This document shows, piece by piece, positions 27,057-34,676 of a DNA stretch of 64,000 nucleotides. The stretch covers positions 62,001-126,000 of IMG/VR virus record IMGVR_UViG_3300046660_000716; one strand, written 5' to 3'. A program made the translations under genes and the position numbers. The notes below the pieces were generated by a model. It did not search any database. It worked only from the letters and a program-made list of their open reading frames with translations, and had not been told where the DNA came from. Within the stretch, counting starts at the first letter, position 1; every line of letters starts with the position of its first letter.

Positions 27057-27211
27057 AGGGGGTGATGCCATGGGCGATAACGACCACGTGATCGGCATCT
27101 GAGCCGGCTGAGGGGCAGTCCAGCGGCCCCGCATATGGCGCCCGTCCTTGCGCAGGACGGGCACGTCAACACACTCATGGGAGCTCCGGCCGGAGCTCTC
27201 TTTTTTTTTTT
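27057..27211 (+). other. structured intergenic element (3 hairpins, terminator, 10-codon ORF)
   Basis: GATGCC..GGCATC, GGGGC..GCCCC, GCCCGTCCT-tgcgc-AGGACGGGC, GAGCTCCGG/CCGGAGCTC plus T11. Confidence 0.45.
27181..27211 (+). terminator. intrinsic terminator
   Basis: 18-bp palindrome plus T11. Confidence 0.85.
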
Positions 27212-27229
27212 GCCATTTGCGGAAGCTGT

Positions 27230-27697
27230 ATGACAGGATACATCAGAGTAGGCAACAAGCACGGCGGGAAAGAGATCCTGGCCGAGGGCGAGGCGATGGT
27301 ATCCGTCGACCGGGGGACCGACTTCGGGAACCCCTGGCCGCTGAGGGACGCGAAGGACGACGCGGCGAGGAACCTGTGCTGCGACAGGTTCGCGCGCATG
27401 GCGGATCGCGACATGGCCGTGCACGGCCCCATCTGGCGGGCGGTGCAGGAGCTGGCACGCCGCGTCATGGACGGAGAGCGCATCGTCCTGATGTGCTGGT
27501 GCACGCCGAAGCGGTGCCACGGACACTACATAGCCATGCTCGTCGAACGGGTCGTGGCGCAACTAACGGAAGCTAAAAATGAACGTATGCGGAGAGCAGT
27601 GCCGGCGCGCAGGACTGGCGACGCCGTCGAACGCCGTGGGAACGGAGGTCCAGTTCTTCGATCCAACTACCGGCTGGACCGCGACGCCGAAGACTAA
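27230..27697 (+). CDS. DUF4326-family protein
   Basis: VDRGTDFGNPW..LMCWCTPKRCHG. Confidence 0.75.
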   Translation: MTGYIRVGNKHGGKEILAEGEAMVSVDRGTDFGNPWPLRDAKDDAARNLCCDRFARMADRDMAVHGPIWRAVQELARRVMDGERIVLMCWCTPKRCHGHYIAMLVERVVAQLTEAKNERMRRAVPARRTGDAVERRGNGGPVLRSNYRLDRDAED

Positions 27698-27794
27698 GTT
27701 CGGCACCTGCCGCGAGGCGTGCAAGGCGCTGAGCGAGGTTCCCGAGGGGAAGGAGGCGCGCCTCTACGCGACGCTGGGAGAGGCCCATGGCTAA
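27579..27794 (+). CDS. hypothetical protein
   Basis: 71 aa; overlaps the DUF4326 tail; 8-nt overlap with the next gene. Confidence 0.5.
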   Translation: MNVCGEQCRRAGLATPSNAVGTEVQFFDPTTGWTATPKTKFGTCREACKALSEVPEGKEARLYATLGEAHG

Positions 27795-28530
27795 GCTGAC
27801 ACCCGACAAGCGCGCCCGGATCGAGAAGCTGGTGGTCTCGGCCTTCGCCGCCCTCGACGAAACGGGCGCGAACGCGGCCAAGTACGAGAAGGAGCTCAAG
27901 GGAATGAGCGACGCCCAGTTCACGAGGTGGCTGGACGAGTTCGTTCGCAACGAGGACAAGCACTTCTACCTGGACGTGCAGCCCTTCCACAACGAACCGA
28001 CGCTGGAGCAGATCGAGAAGGCTGCCAAGATCACCGGCACGAAGCTCCACCAGTACGTCTACTTCAAGCACGACGGCGCCCAGGGCGACCCGGTGCGCAC
28101 CGCGAAGCGCCTGCCCTGCGGCTACATCCACGTCCGCCGCCTGCAGCAGATCCTGGCCAAGAAGACGTCCTACTCGACCGAGGCCAGCAAGCGCAGCCAG
28201 CTGACAGGCCAGCTCTCAGGCGACGACGCCGTTGGCCGCCTGGCCGACGAAGAGGCGTACGCCCTCAAGACCGTCGGCGCCAACGCCATCCTGCGCGAGC
28301 TCCTGGGTCCGCGCGCCGACAACCGGGGCAAGCGCCTCGGCATGTACCACGCGATCGAGCGCGACGGCTACGTGCAGTACAAGGACCTCGTGGGCGACAC
28401 GAAGGACCAGCCGACGCTGAACTACCTCAACACGCTGCTCCTGGCGGCCGGGCTCAAGTCCGACCTCGTCGACTCGACCGAGCTGCTGCGCGTGAGCGTC
28501 GATCGCCCCATCGAAAACCAAAGGAAATGA
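27787..28530 (+). CDS. virion RNA polymerase beta C-terminal subunit (SPN3US gp244-like)
   Basis: GYIHVRRLQQILAKK..LTGQ..GRLADEEAYAL..GANAILRELLGPRAD corresponds to the RpoB C-terminus. The N-terminus YEKELKGMSDAQF and the size of about 245 aa match the small vRNAP beta-C subunit. Confidence 0.8.
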   Translation: MAKLTPDKRARIEKLVVSAFAALDETGANAAKYEKELKGMSDAQFTRWLDEFVRNEDKHFYLDVQPFHNEPTLEQIEKAAKITGTKLHQYVYFKHDGAQGDPVRTAKRLPCGYIHVRRLQQILAKKTSYSTEASKRSQLTGQLSGDDAVGRLADEEAYALKTVGANAILRELLGPRADNRGKRLGMYHAIERDGYVQYKDLVGDTKDQPTLNYLNTLLLAAGLKSDLVDSTELLRVSVDRPIENQRK

Positions 28531-28531
28531 C

Positions 28532-29086
28532 ATGATCATCGAAGACATGGGCCTCATGGAGGCCCTCGAGATGCCGTACGCACCGATCAAGATCTGCGCC
28601 GCCGGTCTGACCGGCACCTCCGGCACCTACGCGCGCGCCGACCCGATCTACGACGACGTGGCCGCCGTCCTGGCCGCGATGCCGGCCGCGTGCCCGTTCG
28701 ACGCGAAGACGCTGCGCGAGGAGGCACACGTGACCATCGTGTACTCCCGCGAGCACGCCGCCGACATGTCGCTCATCGACAAGTCCGCGTTCGACCTGCG
28801 CTGCATCGAAGCCAAGATCACCGGCATCGAGCACTGGGACGGCCACGACGGCGACGGGTACGTCGTACTGAAGCTGGCGAGCGAGTCGCTGGCGGCCTGG
28901 AACCGCTACCTGATCGACGCGGGCGCCCAGCATAGCTTCCCGGACTACTCGCCACACCTGAGCCTCTGCTCCAAGGCCGGCCCGAAGACGCCGGAGATGG
29001 TGAGCTGGATGGAGTCGGCGTGCGAGAAGCTGGTGGGCATGTGCCTGTGCTTCGACGCCATCATCATCGAAGACATCAAGAAGTAG
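28532..29086 (+). CDS. acb1: anti-CBASS nuclease Acb1-like 2H phosphoesterase (T4 gp57B family)
   Basis: GTYA, HVTIVYSR and GAQHSFPDYSPHLSL, versus recalled T4 GLYV, HSTICYSR and GATHDFDDYTPHITL. Confidence 0.85.
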   Translation: MIIEDMGLMEALEMPYAPIKICAAGLTGTSGTYARADPIYDDVAAVLAAMPAACPFDAKTLREEAHVTIVYSREHAADMSLIDKSAFDLRCIEAKITGIEHWDGHDGDGYVVLKLASESLAAWNRYLIDAGAQHSFPDYSPHLSLCSKAGPKTPEMVSWMESACEKLVGMCLCFDAIIIEDIKK

Positions 29087-29089
29087 GCC

Positions 29090-29437
29090 ATGGACCTCCT
29101 CGAGCCCGTCGAGCTGATGGAGGCGTACAGCGAGTACCGGAGCTTCTTCTTCCACCAGGGGCGCCGGTACAGCCTCAACAAACTGCTCGCCGCCACGGCC
29201 AAGCTAAAGACCGAGCGGGTGCCCATGTCCAGGCTGGCGTGGAACCTGGCCGGCGACGCCGACCCGGAGCGCGTGGCCGCCGCCGATCCGTCCGTGCCCA
29301 TCCTGGTCTTCCGCCAGGGCACGCGCGAGGTGATCGTCGACGGGCTGCACCGCACCAAGAAGGCGCTCGCCCTCGGCGACTCCTCGATGGGCGCGCGCCG
29401 CATCTCCCAGTCCATGCTGAACGCCGCCGCCCTGTAG
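29090..29437 (+). CDS. stand-alone ParB/Sulfiredoxin-like domain protein
   Basis: VPILV....VIVDGLHR.KKAL. Confidence 0.75.
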   Translation: MDLLEPVELMEAYSEYRSFFFHQGRRYSLNKLLAATAKLKTERVPMSRLAWNLAGDADPERVAAADPSVPILVFRQGTREVIVDGLHRTKKALALGDSSMGARRISQSMLNAAAL

Positions 29438-29464
29438 GGGCGTCGGAGCCCCGCAGAGCGAGCG

Positions 29465-29472
29465 CATATCAT
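29465..29472 (+). promoter_or_regulatory. CATATCAT motif
   Basis: Intergenic. Confidence 0.6.
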
Positions 29473-29542
29473 GCGTTTGAACCAACAGAGACCATGCGCC
29501 CAAAGGCGCATGGTCCTCTTTCCAACCTTTCAGGAGCCGACC

Positions 29543-29680
29543 ATGAGAACCCTCACCACACTCGCGCTGCTCGCCGCCCTGGCGGTCTGCATCGACAACG
29601 TAGCAAACGACGGCCGCTTCAGCGACCGCGCCCTGGTCCTCTTGAAGAGCGGGATCGATTACGCACGCACACAGTCATAA
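29543..29680 (+). CDS. small hydrophobic/exported peptide
   Basis: SD AGGAG; MRTLTTLALLAALAVC. Confidence 0.55.
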   Translation: MRTLTTLALLAALAVCIDNVANDGRFSDRALVLLKSGIDYARTQS

Positions 29681-29696
29681 GACGAAAGGAAGCAAG

Positions 29697-30152
29697 ATGC
29701 TGAAGCAAGAGCCACGCCCGACCCTGTCCCCGGTCAAGATCACCAAGCAGTGCGCCAGGAAGTTCGGCGACGCCGAGACCATCGCCATGCTGCTGAACGA
29801 CGCGACCCGGACGCTGAGCGACTACGCCGGCCGGGCGCACCGCGACGACCGCTCCGTCGTGGCCGCCTGCGCCCTGCAGTACGCCAAGGAGCTGGACGGC
29901 GGGGTGCCGCACGTCGTCACCTGGCTGCTGGACGCGATCGCCCTGGACCTGTCCGACTCCCAGCTCGGCTCCCACGCCGCGGATATCCTGCGCTCCGCCT
30001 CCACGGCGGCCTCCGAGTCGATCAACGCGGCCGGCTGCTGGATGACCAAGTACGTCGGCTCCCACGGGCGCGGCCGCCACGAGGCCATCCTCCAGCACAC
30101 CGCCGGGATCGGCGCCCTCGTGCGCCACGCGCAGCGCCGCACGCTGATGTGA
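29697..30152 (+). CDS. hypothetical protein
   Basis: SD AAGGAAG; 151 aa. Confidence 0.75.
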   Translation: MLKQEPRPTLSPVKITKQCARKFGDAETIAMLLNDATRTLSDYAGRAHRDDRSVVAACALQYAKELDGGVPHVVTWLLDAIALDLSDSQLGSHAADILRSASTAASESINAAGCWMTKYVGSHGRGRHEAILQHTAGIGALVRHAQRRTLM

Positions 30153-30177
30153 CCGTAGGAGCCCCGAAAAGCGGGCC

Positions 30178-30185
30178 CATATCAT
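30178..30185 (+). promoter_or_regulatory. CATATCAT motif
   Basis: Intergenic. Confidence 0.65.
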
Positions 30186-30238
30186 ACTCTCGAACCGATA
30201 GCCGTACTACCTCAACCCCACAAGAAAGGTACCACACC

Positions 30239-30949
30239 ATGACCACCGCAGCCAACAACGCACAAGACGCAACCAACAACGCCAACGAAGAAGCCAAGGG
30301 CGCAGAGCAGCCGAAGGCCAAGAAGGAGTCCCTGTGGAACCGCATGAAGGCGAAGGCCAAGGCCGCCACCACGCCGACGCCGCGCAACCACGGCATGATC
30401 CACGCCCAGGCCTCGAAGGCCATCATGGAAGACACCGACACCTCCTACAGCGAGCGTCGCGTCGCGGCCCTGGCCGGCCTGGTGGACACCTACGCCACGT
30501 TCAAGTTCATCCCGGCCAACGCCTGGATCCTGCGCCTGATCGACTACACCCGCATGTACGTCCTGCGCAATCCCGGTGCCGTGGGCATGGTCGTCTTCGC
30601 CGAAGAGCTGGTCCTGCAGCTCAAGACGATGAACGCCAGCGCCGGCCTGGACTCCGCCAAGAAGGCCATCGACGTCATCGACAGCATCGTCAAGCTGCTG
30701 GGAGTGAAGAACACGGTCAGCAAGAGCAACATGGACAAGTACTACAAGGGCAAGGACAAGCTGCTGCACGCCGAGACCGAGGCCATCCTGAAAGAGATGC
30801 GCTCGATGGTCCGTTACACCAACGTGCCGCCACAGTGGTCGCTGATCAATCTGGACGCTCCTGTCGTGGAAGAGCGCGCCATCCGCAAGTCCGTGGACAT
30901 CGACCCGGTGCAGTCCATGCACGACGGCGAGCTGATCGCCGCCGAATGA
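30239..30949 (+). CDS. hypothetical protein
   Basis: Strongly biased codons; ATG 30239 follows an A/C-rich leader. Confidence 0.8.
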   Translation: MTTAANNAQDATNNANEEAKGAEQPKAKKESLWNRMKAKAKAATTPTPRNHGMIHAQASKAIMEDTDTSYSERRVAALAGLVDTYATFKFIPANAWILRLIDYTRMYVLRNPGAVGMVVFAEELVLQLKTMNASAGLDSAKKAIDVIDSIVKLLGVKNTVSKSNMDKYYKGKDKLLHAETEAILKEMRSMVRYTNVPPQWSLINLDAPVVEERAIRKSVDIDPVQSMHDGELIAAE

Positions 30950-30952
30950 TTC

Positions 30953-30985
30953 GAAGGAGGGGGGCCACCGCGCCCCTTCTTTTTT
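30953..30985 (+). terminator. intrinsic terminator
   Basis: GAAGG..GGGGC / GCCCCTTC plus T6. Confidence 0.7.
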
Positions 30986-31006
30986 CACAACCAACACGAG
31001 GATGCC

Positions 31007-31540
31007 ATGAGCTTCTACACCGTACTCCAAATGCAGTTCACTCTGCGCCAGGCCGCACCCGTCTTCGTGCGCGACATCGTCCGCGGCCTGATGTACATGC
31101 CCGTAGAGGGGGCAACGCCAGCCAATGAAGAGGAAGACCTCTGCGTGGCCGTGCTGCGCGCCGAGCGGAGCCTGAACAGGCCCGATTCGCTGTCGGACCA
31201 CCAGCTGTTCAGCGAAGAGCGCTGGACCGGGCTGTGTGGCAACAACGGCTTCGATCTGATCATGAAGCGCCACTCCGGCCTGTACGACGGCTACAAGCTG
31301 GAGTACACAGACAACCAGGACGGCAGCGCCACGGTCGACATCGCATCCTACGTCAACCGCACCGGCACGTGCCCGGAGCTGTTCGCCTCGTTCGTCATCC
31401 CGTGGCTCAAGGCCGGGGAGCGAGCGGTGTTCACGCGCCACGACGAGGACAGAATGTGGAACGACCCGCTGGTGATCTACGGGCGCAACATGGTCGACAC
31501 GCCGGACGTCAACAACGTACACATCCGGCCAACAAGATAA
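31007..31540 (+). CDS. conserved phage hypothetical protein
   Basis: MSFYT.L..F.L..HQLF.EERW motif. Confidence 0.75.
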   Translation: MSFYTVLQMQFTLRQAAPVFVRDIVRGLMYMPVEGATPANEEEDLCVAVLRAERSLNRPDSLSDHQLFSEERWTGLCGNNGFDLIMKRHSGLYDGYKLEYTDNQDGSATVDIASYVNRTGTCPELFASFVIPWLKAGERAVFTRHDEDRMWNDPLVIYGRNMVDTPDVNNVHIRPTR

Positions 31541-31555
31541 ACAAGGAGAAAGACG

Positions 31556-31924
31556 ATGGGCAAGATCGAGGTTTTGCTGTGCTCCTTCTGCCCAAAGTCG
31601 GGCTGGAGGGTTAAGGGGGTGGCTCGCGCCGATAGCGACAGGATCGCCGTGGTGGTTGTGGACGGGCGCAAGCTCCTCCAGATACCGGTGGCGAAGGCCG
31701 TCAAGGGCGGGCGCTTCTGCAACCCCCGCAAGCTGGCCGTCGAGTACGTGCGCGCCAAGTGGGCGCCCCTGACCGGCGCTCCGGCGCCGAGCGGACCGAT
31801 AGTGCTTGCGCCAGCCAGGGAAGAGCGGAAGCCGATCCAGCAACAAGTCCCGCCGGCGATCACCGCCGCGGTTTTGAGAGCACTGAGGGAGATGGACGAT
31901 GGGCAAGCGCAGAACACCGGCTGA
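31556..31924 (+). CDS. hypothetical protein
   Basis: SD AAGGAG. Confidence 0.65.
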   Translation: MGKIEVLLCSFCPKSGWRVKGVARADSDRIAVVVVDGRKLLQIPVAKAVKGGRFCNPRKLAVEYVRAKWAPLTGAPAPSGPIVLAPAREERKPIQQQVPPAITAAVLRALREMDDGQAQNTG

Positions 31925-32198
31925 GCTGCAGGCCGATGGCTACTACGAGATCAGGGTCGTCGACGGCGTCACGTGCGCCCTGAAGAACTTTCTGACCACG
32001 GTGGCCGTGTGCGTGGGCATCACGTCCGCGTGCGAGGGTCGCCGGTACTGCTTCAGAGAGGCGTCGGACGCCCGGGCCGCTCTTCGCGAGTACGAGCGCC
32101 CGAGGGAGCACGTCTCCGGTCCCTGGCTGAAGTGCAAGGGAATACACAGTGGCATGATCGTAGACATGCCGAATCCAAACGAAGGAGAGCACAAATGA
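31899..32198 (+). CDS. hypothetical protein
   Basis: 99 aa; coupled to the next gene. Confidence 0.65.
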   Translation: MGKRRTPAELQADGYYEIRVVDGVTCALKNFLTTVAVCVGITSACEGRRYCFREASDARAALREYERPREHVSGPWLKCKGIHSGMIVDMPNPNEGEHK

Positions 32199-33163
32199 GT
32201 TTTTCGGAAGTCTACCACGACGGGTCCGCCCACATGGTCGAGGGCATGCGGGCCGCCACCAGGAGAAAGCCGCACGACCGGGGCCTCGCGAAGACGGCGG
32301 CCATGGCCGAGCGATGGATCGCCCGGAGCGTGCGCTTCACCCTGCCGCACGAGGGGTACCACATCGTCCGCAAGCCCGTGCCGATGTTCCCCGCGAACAT
32401 GGCCCAGCTGGTCTTCCCGCCGTTCCCCAAGACGTACATGCAGTTCACGAGCAGCGACGAGAAGATCAGGCACGGCATGTTCTTCATGGAGCTTACGCCC
32501 GACTTGCTGCACGACCTGCTGCTCTCCGACATGCAGGCGCTCGACGTCGGCTCGCACGGAAACATCAACCGGCCCGAGTTCGCGGCCGAGATCGAGGCCG
32601 GCGAGTGGATGGCCCTCGCGTGCGTCGTCTGCCAGCCAAGGGCGGAGGTGGTGGCCCCTCCGACCATGGTCATGCTCTTCCGCCGCGGCGCCCTGGAGTT
32701 CGGCCTCGCGGACCGCATGGAGCTGGGCGGCTTCAGGCTCAAGGTCGAGTCGGCCGTCTTCGGGTTCTTCAAGACGGAGATGGAGTTCGACCAGGACCGG
32801 GCGACGAGCTTCGCCGAGTGGATGATGTCCCTCGTGTGGGTCGCGCTGGACTTCTGCCTGACGCTGAGCTGCTCGAACATCCGGCAGGAGGTCATCCAGC
32901 CTCCCGAGAAGCTCAACAGGAAGCGGATCAAGAACGGCCGCGTGCCGTTCTCCGAGTTCCGCGTGCTCGACCTCGCCCGCCCGCCCGGCGCGCTGCGCGA
33001 TCCGGAGGACTACGAGGAGGGACCGAGCCGGAACAGCCCCCGCCTGCACCTGCGCCGGTGCCACATCCGCCACTACACGAGGACGGGAAAGAGCGTGATG
33101 ATCGCCAGCCAGATGATCGGCAAGGCGGACCTTGGCACGATCCAGAAGACGTACAGGACCTGA
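32195..33163 (+). CDS. conserved phage hypothetical protein (SPRxHxRRxH family)
   Basis: KLNRKR..SPRLHLRRCHIRH..IG..G.IQKTY. Confidence 0.8.
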   Translation: MSFSEVYHDGSAHMVEGMRAATRRKPHDRGLAKTAAMAERWIARSVRFTLPHEGYHIVRKPVPMFPANMAQLVFPPFPKTYMQFTSSDEKIRHGMFFMELTPDLLHDLLLSDMQALDVGSHGNINRPEFAAEIEAGEWMALACVVCQPRAEVVAPPTMVMLFRRGALEFGLADRMELGGFRLKVESAVFGFFKTEMEFDQDRATSFAEWMMSLVWVALDFCLTLSCSNIRQEVIQPPEKLNRKRIKNGRVPFSEFRVLDLARPPGALRDPEDYEEGPSRNSPRLHLRRCHIRHYTRTGKSVMIASQMIGKADLGTIQKTYRT

Positions 33164-33164
33164 A

Positions 33165-33216
33165 GGACGGGAGCGGGCCAGAGCGGTTCGCTCCCAATCC
33201 CACTCGTTCTTTTTTT
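33165..33216 (+). terminator. intrinsic terminator related to the one at 23387
   Basis: GGACGGGAGCGG..CGCTCCC plus T7. Confidence 0.65.
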
Positions 33217-33236
33217 ATCAAAACTAGCGGAACCGT

Positions 33237-33244
33237 GATATAAT
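33237..33244 (+). promoter_or_regulatory. GATATAAT variant of the early motif
   Basis: After a terminator and before the recA-like gene; contains TATAAT. Confidence 0.6.
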
Positions 33245-33289
33245 TGTATCGTACGACCACCGATTCACCCATTCACAAGGAAGCACACA

Positions 33290-34606
33290 ATGGCAACTCG
33301 TAAAGCGCTGGAAGAAGCGAAGGCCGCGAAGGCAGCTGAGAAAGCAGCGAACAAGGCGGCAGCGCTGACCGCCGGCGGTTTGATGGACATGATGAAGGAC
33401 ATCGCGGGCAAGGCCGGCATCAAGGAAGCCAAGTCCTACAAGCCGGTCCCGACCGGCCTGAACGTCATGGACTACTACAACGCCCGCTACTTCATGAACC
33501 ACGAGTCGAAGCAGCACGAGCTGTTCACGGGCCTGCCAACCGGCAAGCTGATCATGATGATCGGCTACACCGGCACGGGCAAGACCACCCTGGCAGTCCA
33601 GAACGCCTGGTCGATGGTAGCCCCGTTCCAGGAAGGCAGCATCTTCCACATCGACCTCGAGAACGCCTGGTCGATCGAGCGCACCGCCGACATCACGGGC
33701 GTGAGCGTCGACACGGTCAAGACCAAGTACTTCCGCACCGAGCCGATCTCGCTGGACAAGATCTACGCCTTCATCAAGCGCGTCATCTTCGCCAAGCAAG
33801 AGCGGATGAAGAACCCGAACGACCCGATCTGGGTCACGAACCCGCACACCGGCGAGCGCATGGTCACGCCGACCGTCTTCCTGATCGACACCGTCGCGGC
33901 CCTCCAGTCCGAGGAGGTCCTCTCCGAGAACGAGGAGATGGGCAAGCTGATGTACGAGAAGGGCGCCCAGGCCGGCGCCAACAATGCGTTCGCGCAGCGC
34001 CTGGCCGGCATGATCGGCGAGGTCAACATCACCATCTTCGCGATCAACCACGTCCGCGTCGGCATCAGCGACGGCGGTTCGCCGAAGCCGAAGCGCGTCC
34101 AGTACCTGGCGGCCGACGAGACCGTCCCGGGCGGCACCGGCTTCCCGCAGTACGCCGACTACTTCCTGCACCTGCGCCCGACCGACTCACTGACCATGAA
34201 GGCCGACGAGGGCTTCGCCATCCCGGGCAAGATCGTCAAGTGCTCGATCATCAAGTCGCGTCTGTCCTACGACGGCCGCCAGTTCGACCTGGTCCTGACC
34301 GACAACGGCTTCAGCAACGCCTGGTCCAACCTGCAGTTCCTGAAGAGCGTCAAGGCGATCAAGGGCGCGGGCGCCCACCTGTTCATCGAGGCGCCGGACG
34401 GCCGCGCCACGCGTAAGTTCGCCCAGCGCAACTGGTCCGAGTTCTACGAGGGCGACCAGGAATTCCGCGAGGTCGCCGACGCGCGGCTCGAGTACGAGCT
34501 GCTGGGCCTGGTTCCGCAGCCAGGCACCGCCGAAGAGCAAGAAGTCATGGCAGGCGCCGAAGCCGTGGCAGGCGACCTCGACGAGGCGCTGACCGCCACC
34601 GAGTAA
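33290..34606 (+). CDS. RecA/UvsX-like recombinase
   Basis: VPTG..MD, GLPTG, Walker A GYTGTGKT, Walker B FLIDTVAAL, INHVR, IIKSR. Confidence 0.85.
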   Translation: MATRKALEEAKAAKAAEKAANKAAALTAGGLMDMMKDIAGKAGIKEAKSYKPVPTGLNVMDYYNARYFMNHESKQHELFTGLPTGKLIMMIGYTGTGKTTLAVQNAWSMVAPFQEGSIFHIDLENAWSIERTADITGVSVDTVKTKYFRTEPISLDKIYAFIKRVIFAKQERMKNPNDPIWVTNPHTGERMVTPTVFLIDTVAALQSEEVLSENEEMGKLMYEKGAQAGANNAFAQRLAGMIGEVNITIFAINHVRVGISDGGSPKPKRVQYLAADETVPGGTGFPQYADYFLHLRPTDSLTMKADEGFAIPGKIVKCSIIKSRLSYDGRQFDLVLTDNGFSNAWSNLQFLKSVKAIKGAGAHLFIEAPDGRATRKFAQRNWSEFYEGDQEFREVADARLEYELLGLVPQPGTAEEQEVMAGAEAVAGDLDEALTATE

Positions 34607-34622
34607 CACCCGCACCAAGCGC

Positions 34623-34652
34623 AGCGCCTCCGGCCCATCGGTCGGAGGCGCT
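34623..34652 (+). other. 13-bp stem hairpin between the recA-like and RNAP genes
   Basis: AGCGCCTCCGGCC-catc-GGTCGGAGGCGCT; no T-tract. Confidence 0.55.
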
Positions 34653-34676
34653 TCCGCAACCCGAAGGAGAAGAAGA

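Noticed and set aside
30993-31004. AACA-N6-TG match before gene 31007
   Set aside because: It overlaps the SD and would put +1 three nt before the ATG. Treated as a chance hit, which shows the false-positive rate of this short motif.
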